Shown: in pieces, positions 1 through 7,051 of the stretch
Layout of the letters: every line of letters begins with the position of its first letter
Numbering within the stretch: position 1 is the first letter of the stretch
DNA from: Acidobacteriota bacterium
Lineage (GTDB): Bacteria; Acidobacteriota; UBA6911; RPQK01; JAJDTT01
Direction: 5' to 3'
DNA: 64,000 nucleotides
NCBI GenBank assembly: GCA_965217775.1
Contig: CBDCJH010000002.1
Coordinates: forward strand, 1-64,000
The notes under the pieces: model-generated
Told to the model about the DNA's origin: nothing
What the model saw: the letters and a program-made list of their open reading frames with translations, nothing else
Databases searched by the model: none
Translations under genes and position numbers: made by a program

Positions 1-271
1 CGCCGGTGGGGGAGGCCACCTTCGAGGTGATGACGACATCGTCCCGCTTTCCCTTGAGCGCCCTCCCCAGAATGACCTCGGACCGGCCCGCGCTCTCGCG
101 CTGGTCCAGCGGGCCGTATGAATTCGCGCAATCGATCAGGTTGATGCCCTGGTCAATGGCGTGTTCGATGGCCCCCTGCGCCTCCGCCTCGTCCGCCTGG
201 CCCCGGAACCCCAGGCCCAAGGCCAATCGGCTCACCTTGATGCCGGCCTTTCCGAAGTTCACATACTCCAT
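1..271 (-). CDS. Aldo/keto reductase, N-terminal part (runs off the window start)
   Basis: Manual translation from ATG at 271: MEYVNFGKAGIKVSRLALGLGFRG...AIDQGINLIDCANSYG...SEVILGRALKGKRDDVVITSKV, matching AKR motifs (GxxVSxL, DxAxxYG, SK). Not listed in the ORF track because it is open-ended. Confidence 0.9.
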   Translation of the reverse strand, partial: MEYVNFGKAGIKVSRLALGLGFRGQADEAEAQGAIEHAIDQGINLIDCANSYGPLDQRESAGRSEVILGRALKGKRDDVVITSKVASPTG

Positions 272-465
272 GAGTTCGGTCCCCCCTGGAACGACAATGG
301 AACGGTGGCCCGGAGCCCGGGGCACGTTTCAAAACGCATCGACGGTCGTCTCGATTCTACGATACTCCTGAGAACGACTCGAAGCTGATCCGATCCGGAC
401 TTCCCCCTTTATCAAGGTTGAATCGACCCCTACAAACCATTGACTTGGGTTTTTTCCTAACCTCC

Positions 466-1098
466 TCAATTAGTCGTCTTGGTCTCAGTCGTAGAGAAGA
501 AGGGAGAGACCTCCTTTACCTTCTTCTTTTTCTTGGGCGTGTCCTGATCCGGCCCACCAAAATAGGTCCTCGTCTGAGACGAAGCCTTAGCGTAGTTGGA
601 AGAGCGCTTGGCGTATGGGGCGGCGTTGACCCGCATCCCAAGCGTCTTACCAGCCGCTCCAACGACGGTCGCCTGTTTCTGGTCAACACCCGCCGACATG
701 AACAAGAACTCCCACCCGGCCTTCTTTTTCTTGGACACCAGGGCGAGGCAGGTCTCCTGGGTATGCTCACGAGAAGCGTTCTCGTAGCCGTCCGTGTCAA
801 TCATGACCATTACCTTGTCGCCATTGGAAGCGACAGACTCGGCGTGAGCGATAGACTTGGCGATGGCGTCGTACAGGGGCGTCATCGCTCCAGGGCGGTA
901 GTCCTTCTCCTTCATGGGAGTCCACTTCTTGACCGATCCGCAGAAGAACCTGGTCCAGCGTTGGCTGTCGAACTTGAACACTGTGAGCCGAGTCTTTTTG
1001 GGTAGTTGCTGGACGTATTCGTTCAGAGAGGTCACGACCCTGTGTTCCTGACCGCTCATGGACCCTGTCTCGTCAAGAGTTACGATTGCATGGTTCAT
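466..1098 (-). CDS. von Willebrand factor A (vWA) domain protein
   Basis: MIDAS-like LDETGSM, TPLYDAI, TDGYENASRE and WEFLFM motifs; GGAGG RBS upstream of ATG 1098; Lys-rich tail. Confidence 0.85.
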   Translation of the reverse strand: MNHAIVTLDETGSMSGQEHRVVTSLNEYVQQLPKKTRLTVFKFDSQRWTRFFCGSVKKWTPMKEKDYRPGAMTPLYDAIAKSIAHAESVASNGDKVMVMIDTDGYENASREHTQETCLALVSKKKKAGWEFLFMSAGVDQKQATVVGAAGKTLGMRVNAAPYAKRSSNYAKASSQTRTYFGGPDQDTPKKKKKVKEVSPFFSTTETKTTN

Positions 1099-1136
1099 AA
1101 TTCCTCCTTGAGTTTTTTCCTCCTTTTGGGAGAGTG

Positions 1137-1156
1137 GGGGGACAAGAATGTCCCCC
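1137..1156. other. Intergenic stem-loop
   Basis: GGGGGACA-agaa-TGTCCCCC, a perfect 8-bp stem between the ARPP-1-like and vWA genes; function (terminator or mRNA stabiliser) unknown. Confidence 0.45.
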
Positions 1157-1191
1157 TCCTGATCATGGGGATGAGGTTCCCCTGTCCTGCT

Positions 1192-2103
1192 TCAGCTCTT
1201 CCTGCCGTTCCGCATCCAGAAGGTGCCGTGGGCGAGCATTCCTTCGAACCTCAAGGCTTGGCCGATCCTCTTTTCGTCGCGGACCCGAAGCTCGGTTCCG
1301 AGTCCGACGCCCGGGGCCTCCTCCGATTCCATGACGCCGAAGCGCCGGATCACCCACAGCGCTCGTTCGATCGACGGGGGACCGGGATCGGGGGGAAGTT
1401 CCAGCAGGTGCGATCGGATGAGGGCTCCCCAATGCTCCGCCAGTAGATGTCGTGCGCCGAAGAGCTCGACGGCCCTCACCCAGGGGCCTTGGGAGACGGC
1501 GACCCCGCACTGCCCAGGAAGCGGCCCAAGATCGGACACCTCCTGGGCGGCCTCAGCGCGGCTCGAGTCGCGACGATAAACTTGTCTGTTGCTATCGGCG
1601 GCTGCCACCGTGGCGGAATCCGCGCGGTGAAATCGCATCTCGTCCTGGACCTCGCTCCAGACCGCGTCTTGATCGCCGTGGCGCGACCGGCTTTGCTCCA
1701 TGGACGAGTGAACGCCCTCTTGACTCCTTCTGCGGACTCGCGGCGACGCGTACGCATCGTCGCGGTAGTAGGACCGGGCGCGGCCCCACCGCCCCTCTTC
1801 CAGGCACGACACGGGGACCGGGAGCTCGGTCCTGGGGGGAACCAGCGCGGTAATGTTGACGGCACGGTTCTGTTTGCCACCCAGGAAATGTTCTCCCTCG
1901 ACGATCAGAACCGGCGTGTCGGTCGGGTTGACTGCCAACAGGGAATCCACCGCGGCGTCTTCGAGCTCGCGGACGTCGAGTTTAGAGGAGGGCCCGGTAG
2001 TGATATCCGGCAATTCATTTGCCGGCAGGTAGATGGGGAAGAACGAAACGCCAAGCCGGGTGATGGGTGCGCCGATGGCGGCGGTGGAAAGGTGTGGAAT
2101 CAT
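1192..2103 (-). CDS. ARPP-1 / DUF6569-like protein
   Basis: Motifs GEHFLGGKQNRAVN, VPVSCLEEGRW and QDAVWSEV recognised as ARPP-1-family-like; GGAGG RBS upstream of ATG 2103. Confidence 0.75.
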   Translation of the reverse strand: MIPHLSTAAIGAPITRLGVSFFPIYLPANELPDITTGPSSKLDVRELEDAAVDSLLAVNPTDTPVLIVEGEHFLGGKQNRAVNITALVPPRTELPVPVSCLEEGRWGRARSYYRDDAYASPRVRRRSQEGVHSSMEQSRSRHGDQDAVWSEVQDEMRFHRADSATVAAADSNRQVYRRDSSRAEAAQEVSDLGPLPGQCGVAVSQGPWVRAVELFGARHLLAEHWGALIRSHLLELPPDPGPPSIERALWVIRRFGVMESEEAPGVGLGTELRVRDEKRIGQALRFEGMLAHGTFWMRNGRKS

Positions 2104-2135
2104 TATGGTGCCCTCCTCGAAATCTGGCCCAGACA

Positions 2136-2158
2136 GTTATTGTCATAAATACAATAAC
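2136..2158. promoter_or_regulatory. NrtR-type operator palindrome
   Basis: GTTATTGT-cataaat-ACAATAAC, a perfect inverted repeat with the GT-N7-AC core known for NrtR boxes, in the AT-rich divergent intergenic region next to the NrtR-like gene. Confidence 0.8.
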
Positions 2159-2202
2159 AGATATTGTAGATTTGTCAAGAACTCGATACAATCTTTTTTG
2201 AG

Positions 2203-2964
2203 ATGCGGCCGGGCAGCCCCCCTCCGTACAATCCCGACGACTTCCCCCGTGTGGCCGTCACGGTGGACGTCGTGGTGTTCACGATCCGCAACGAGGCTCT
2301 CCAGGTACTGCTGGTGGAACGAGGCCAGGAGCCGTTCCGGGGGGCCTGGGCGTTGCCGGGCGGCTTCGTACAGCCGCGCGAGGATCTGGATGCCGCCGCG
2401 GCCCGGGAACTTCTGGAAGAGACGAATGTCTCCGTCGGCGTGCCCTATCTGGAACAACTCGGGAGCTACGGATCGCCGGAGCGCGACCCGCGGATGCGGG
2501 TGATTACGGTGGCGTATTGGGCGGCCTGCGCCGAACTGGAACAACCGCGGGGCGGGGGTGACGCCGCCTACTCGGACTTGGTGCCGCTGGCGAAGATTGA
2601 GCGCGGGGGCATCCGCCTGGCCTTCGACCACAGCCGGATTGTCGAAGACGCCGTGGAGCGGTTGCGCTCCAAACTGGAATACACGGCGCTTGCCACGAAA
2701 TTCTGTCCGCCCCGATTCACCATCAGCGAGCTCCGCCGGGTGTACGAGACCATCTGGGGCACCCGCCTCGATCCGGGCAATTTTCAGCGCAAGATCCGGC
2801 AGAATCCCGCGTTCAAGCACATTCCGATAGCGCGGTCCCCGCGCCGTCTTCGGGGCGGGAGGCCCGCTTCACTTTGGTCGGCGTCCGATGAAATCCCAAT
2901 GGCCAGTGCCATGTCGCCCCCGATCGCGCGACGACGCGTTCCGCGCGACAATGATCCTGAGTAA
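2203..2964 (+). CDS. nrtR: NrtR-family Nudix-related transcriptional regulator (Nudix + winged HTH)
   Basis: VTVDVVVF, WALPGGFV..EDLDAAAARELLEET Nudix box, RDPRMRVITVAY, LAFDH, FTISELRRVYE..LDPGNFQRK and GGRPASLW. Confidence 0.88.
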   Translation: MRPGSPPPYNPDDFPRVAVTVDVVVFTIRNEALQVLLVERGQEPFRGAWALPGGFVQPREDLDAAAARELLEETNVSVGVPYLEQLGSYGSPERDPRMRVITVAYWAACAELEQPRGGGDAAYSDLVPLAKIERGGIRLAFDHSRIVEDAVERLRSKLEYTALATKFCPPRFTISELRRVYETIWGTRLDPGNFQRKIRQNPAFKHIPIARSPRRLRGGRPASLWSASDEIPMASAMSPPIARRRVPRDNDPE

Positions 2965-2974
2965 GGCCTACCCG

Positions 2975-2991
2975 CCGGCGGTCGCCGCCGG
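2975..2991. terminator. Possible terminator hairpin between convergent genes
   Basis: CCGGCGG-tcg-CCGCCGG 10 nt after the nrtR stop, followed by a weak T-rich run. Confidence 0.35.
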
Positions 2992-3014
2992 GATCTTTGT
3001 TGCGGGCTGTCGAG

Positions 3015-4310
3015 TCAGCCGCCTGCCGAAGAAATCGCGACCACCTCATAGGGCGCCAGGACCAAGTCCTGCTTGCCGTGGAGGTATCTGACCGTCACCT
3101 GGCGGGTCGCCGCCCGGTTGTTGACGACCCAGGCGCCATGACCGTCCACCGCCAGCACGTCCACGCCGGCATGCGGACCGGTGCCGGCGTCGAGCAGCCG
3201 GCGGCCGGACAGCGCTGACAGTTCCTCACACAACGCCGTCCAAGGACCGTCCGCCAAGGCGATGGCCGCTTCCACGATTCCGGCCTGAGCGGCGAACTTC
3301 ACGAACCGGGCCAGCCAAGCGGTCGCGAACGCGGTGCCGTTGCGCGAGTCGCGCTGGGGGCGCGGATAAGGCGAGTCGAACAGCACGGGCCCCGCATGCA
3401 AGGCGGCGTTCGGGGCAAACGACCGGATCGTGGCCGCTTGGTCGACAATGGCGGGAATGTTCTCCATGAGCGTGTCGTCGTCGTCGAGATGGACGGCCGG
3501 ATTGAAGGGGGTCTCGATCCTGGCCGCGTCGGCAAAGGCGGCGCGGTTGCGATTGTAGTGGGTGTACTCATGTTCGGGGCTCGTCCGGTCCGTCCGGGTC
3601 AGGCGCGGCAGCCGTGCCTCGGTGGGGCCGCCGATGACGATGGGCGGCGCCGGCGGAGCTCCTTTCAGGACCTCGGTGGACGACGTGTCGACCGCGATCT
3701 CGAGCCGCTGACGGCGAAGCGCGGCGCCTTCGACGAAGGCCTTGTAGGAGCTGTCGCCGTAGTTCCGCTGATCCTCCATGTCCATCTGGGTGCCGGGAAC
3801 CACTGCGGTCACGCCCACCTGCCCCCGAGTCGTGGTCTGGAGGGAATTGAAGCCTTTGGCAAACTGGTACGGTGATATGAAGCGGGGAAACGATTGGTGG
3901 TTCCGCCTGCCATCCGGAAGCACCGACTCGTAATCACGGCCGGCGAAGGCCTCGGCGCCGTAGAGCACGCAAATTCCGATCCGCGGGTACTCGGATTCGG
4001 CGCGCGGCTCCCACTCGACCTCCAGGACAATGGAGCCGTCGGCCCGCCCCTCGATCCGGCCGTTCCAATGAACGTCCGCAATCTCGTTGAGGCAGCGCGC
4101 CCGGAGTTTGACCGTAAACTTCTCCGCTCCGCTCTCGACGTCGATGCTCTCGAAGTTGGCGGGCACCGTATCCCAACGCGCATCGCGGACCGCGAAATAG
4201 ACCCGGCGCAACACCTCCCGGCCATTGACTCGCAGATACCGGAGCTCTCCGTCGGCGAGCTTCAGCCGGACGGGTCCCGCGTTCAGGCAACGTTGGTCTT
4301 CAGCGTTCAT
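3015..4310 (-). CDS. D-apionate lactonase (ApnL)-like protein, shorter than typical
   Basis: AGPVRLKLADGELRYLRVNGREVLRRVYFAVRDARWDT and MEDQRNYGDSSYK resemble conserved ApnL-family motifs; substrate not established. Confidence 0.6.
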   Translation of the reverse strand: MNAEDQRCLNAGPVRLKLADGELRYLRVNGREVLRRVYFAVRDARWDTVPANFESIDVESGAEKFTVKLRARCLNEIADVHWNGRIEGRADGSIVLEVEWEPRAESEYPRIGICVLYGAEAFAGRDYESVLPDGRRNHQSFPRFISPYQFAKGFNSLQTTTRGQVGVTAVVPGTQMDMEDQRNYGDSSYKAFVEGAALRRQRLEIAVDTSSTEVLKGAPPAPPIVIGGPTEARLPRLTRTDRTSPEHEYTHYNRNRAAFADAARIETPFNPAVHLDDDDTLMENIPAIVDQAATIRSFAPNAALHAGPVLFDSPYPRPQRDSRNGTAFATAWLARFVKFAAQAGIVEAAIALADGPWTALCEELSALSGRRLLDAGTGPHAGVDVLAVDGHGAWVVNNRAATRQVTVRYLHGKQDLVLAPYEVVAISSAGG

Positions 4311-4427
4311 TCCTCATCCCCCGAGCTGAACCGGGACCAAGAGGGGAACCCGGCCTCTTCGCGAGGCACGGCACGAGCCGCCTGACGGGGCCCGGAGCGT
4401 CTGCCGCTGGACCTTGCCGGCGGATCC

Positions 4428-5270
4428 TCACACGGCCTCGTCGCGGATGCGCCGCCAGTCGTAGGCGATGGTCCACCCCAGCGCCTCATGAATGCCCGTG
4501 CTCATGTAGGGGCAGACGTTTCCCTCCACGATGTCGTCGACCTCGCGGACCTCCGGGAGAAACTCGGCAATCAGGTCCCTCACCGGGGCTTCCAGATAGA
4601 TGTCGGGCGCCGCCACGTTGAAGGGATGGAATCCTTGGATGTCCGACTCCAGCCAGAGCCGGCAGGCCGTGGCGACGTCGCGGCCGTCGACGTAGTTCCA
4701 GAGCACGTCGGTCCCCCGGGCCGGGGTCTCCAGATGTCCCTTGAACCGCTCCTCGAAGGAGTCCTCGTAAACGATCCGTCCCAGCCGGAAGGCGGCGATG
4801 GACATGCCGTGCCAGCGCACGAAGTCTTGGGCGACCTTTTCCAGGAGGATCTTGCCGCTGGCGTAGATATTGTCGGCCCGCAACGGCGATGACTCGGTCA
4901 CCGGCAGCTTCCGCACCTTCGTCATGCCCCCGTATACCTCCATGCTGGAGGCGATCACGACGCGCTTGACGCCGGCGTTGGCACAAGCCTGAAGGACATT
5001 GAAGCCGCCGTTGACGACGTTCTTGAACACCGTCGTGCGCGACCAGAAGGCGTCGCACGGCACGCTGCCCATGTGGATCAATCCGTCCGCCCCGGCGACG
5101 ACTTCGTTCAGTCCCGGGTCGTTGACCAGATCCAACTGCACGTAGGGAAAATCGGTAGGTCGCGGCGGCAGCAGGTCCAAGGGAACGACATCGTCGCCGC
5201 CCGCCTGCAGGATCTTGACAATGCTCTTGCCCGTGCCCCCCTTGGCGCCGGTGACGACGATTCGCTTCAT
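4428..5270 (-). CDS. NAD-dependent epimerase/dehydratase (extended SDR)
   Basis: VVTGAKGGTG Rossmann motif, ASSMEVYG, YASGK (YxxxK), VDGRDVA. Confidence 0.9.
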   Translation of the reverse strand: MKRIVVTGAKGGTGKSIVKILQAGGDDVVPLDLLPPRPTDFPYVQLDLVNDPGLNEVVAGADGLIHMGSVPCDAFWSRTTVFKNVVNGGFNVLQACANAGVKRVVIASSMEVYGGMTKVRKLPVTESSPLRADNIYASGKILLEKVAQDFVRWHGMSIAAFRLGRIVYEDSFEERFKGHLETPARGTDVLWNYVDGRDVATACRLWLESDIQGFHPFNVAAPDIYLEAPVRDLIAEFLPEVREVDDIVEGNVCPYMSTGIHEALGWTIAYDWRRIRDEAV

Positions 5271-5544
5271 GTTCGGTGTCTCCGCACCATCGGCGATGAG
5301 TGCATGAAGCCAGCGCCCTTTTCTCGCTGAAAAGATTGATGAAGGCCGAGAGGTCTACTATAAGTGTTGTTTTATCAATAACTTAATAAGCAGAATTCCT
5401 ACGACCGTATTGACCCAAAGTTTACCAGAACAAAGCTGATGTTTCACGATCTGGACGGACGTCAAGTCGTGGGCCGGGTCGACAGCGGATCGGAGGTCAT
5501 GGCTGAGATCGAGATCGCTTGCCAGAGACTCGACCTTCCCCTGT

Positions 5545-5730
5545 ATGGGGTGCTGCCTCGATCGCCCCAGTACAACGGCTGCGTCGAAAAGGGAGCATTC
5601 CATCACCCGCTGTGAGTTCGGGAGCTTTTATGACTGGGAGCTGAAGGTGGCCGACATCAACCGGGCACTTCAGGAGCATCTGTGCCTCTACCACTGGTGC
5701 CTCCATCGTGCTCTCGGCCTCTTGATGTGT
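5545..5730 (+). mobile_element. Possible degraded IS481-like transposase C-terminal remnant
   Basis: EFGSFYDWELKVADINRALQEHLCLYHWCLHRALG resembles the Y..N..RPHxALG end of integrase cores; short and degenerate. Confidence 0.3.
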
Positions 5731-5992
5731 TGTGACTCAGCCGCGACGCTGAAGAACCGCCCGCCGGCGCGTGACTGACTTCACCGGAAGTCCGCCGCAA
5801 GTGTCCGAAATCGGGACAAAGTGTCCGATTCCGGACACTCCGAACGATTTTTCTGGTCAGTACAGGGGCCAATTATCGCGGAACCGAACCACGATGGTTT
5901 CCGCACTGGAGTGAACTCTTGCCCGTTGGCGAAGCGGGTCTCGAGGACGGGGTCGTCAGGAGCCCCTGCCGTAGACACGCCATGGAACGGCT

Positions 5993-6886
5993 TCACCCGT
6001 GAACGTCACCGCTCCGGGTCGGCGGCTCCGGCTGGTTCCAGGGCATGGTTATCGTCGGTTTGGGATCGTGGTGGTCGCCTCGGGGCGGCTTCGGGGCAGA
6101 CCCGAATTCTTCGATCCACCGCACCAGTTGCCGGGCGGACTCCATGACTGCCCTCTTGCCCTTTTCCTTGGTCGCCAGCGTGGCGTGGCCCAGCACGCCG
6201 GTGTCGGAATAGCTGGCCGTCCAAGAGGTGACGGGCGCCGGTCCGGCAGCCAGAAGATCGGTCCAGAGGAAGTCGGACTCCGCCTTGTTGTATTCGATCT
6301 CTCCGTCGGCGATCTTGTCTTTCCGGACGTTTTCTTCGTCGAGATACAGGTACGCCGAGGTTTCCAGCTCTCCTGCATGAGAGCAACCGCCGGGAAACTT
6401 GCTCTCCCTCCAGGATTCATAGAACTCCTTGTCTATGGTGATCAGACTCCACCAGCAGACGGCGCTGCATTCCGCATCGGTTTCCAGGTTGATCCGGCGG
6501 GAGGCCAAGTCCAGGTTGGGCCAGTTGGAGCCGTGTCCGTTGAGCAGGATGATCTTCTTGAAGCCGTGATAGGCGAGGCTCTTTCCCACGTCCATGACCA
6601 TGCGGATGAAATGGTCGTAGTGGATGTTGATGGTCCCGGGAAAGTCCATCACGTGGGCCGTATAGCCGTGAACGATGGGTGGCATCACCAGAACCCGGTC
6701 GGGAATGAGCCGGGCGGCATGGTTTGCGACGCCGACCGGACAGACCACGTCCACGTCCAGCGGCAGATGGGGGCCGTGCTGTTCGATCGATCCGATGGGT
6801 ACGACAACGACCTTCCGGGCCTTTACGGCTTGGTTGATCTCGGGCCACGTCAGCTTTTCGTATCGCCAGGGTTCTCTGGTGGACAT
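5993..6886 (-). CDS. Creatininase / creatinine amidohydrolase family protein
   Basis: PIGSIEQHGPHLPLDVD, NGHGSN and HAGELETS metal-binding motifs; ATG 6886 has an AGGAGG RBS. Confidence 0.9.
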   Translation of the reverse strand: MSTREPWRYEKLTWPEINQAVKARKVVVVPIGSIEQHGPHLPLDVDVVCPVGVANHAARLIPDRVLVMPPIVHGYTAHVMDFPGTINIHYDHFIRMVMDVGKSLAYHGFKKIILLNGHGSNWPNLDLASRRINLETDAECSAVCWWSLITIDKEFYESWRESKFPGGCSHAGELETSAYLYLDEENVRKDKIADGEIEYNKAESDFLWTDLLAAGPAPVTSWTASYSDTGVLGHATLATKEKGKRAVMESARQLVRWIEEFGSAPKPPRGDHHDPKPTITMPWNQPEPPTRSGDVHG

Positions 6887-7051
6887 GGGACTACCTCCTT
6901 GCTCTGCCGAATATTTCCGGTCCAAAAATCTGCCACGTCGATATGGAGGCGAGGACCGCGAGCGCGGCGACGCTCACCCTCGCCGGCGGTCTCCGCTTGA
7001 AATTCCCTCCCGGGTGCAGGTCAGGCCCTCTCGCGCTATTTCCCCAACCCT

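Noticed and set aside
5993-6886. Mycofactocin mftE assignment
   Set aside because: No other mft genes are nearby; only the family-level call is supported.
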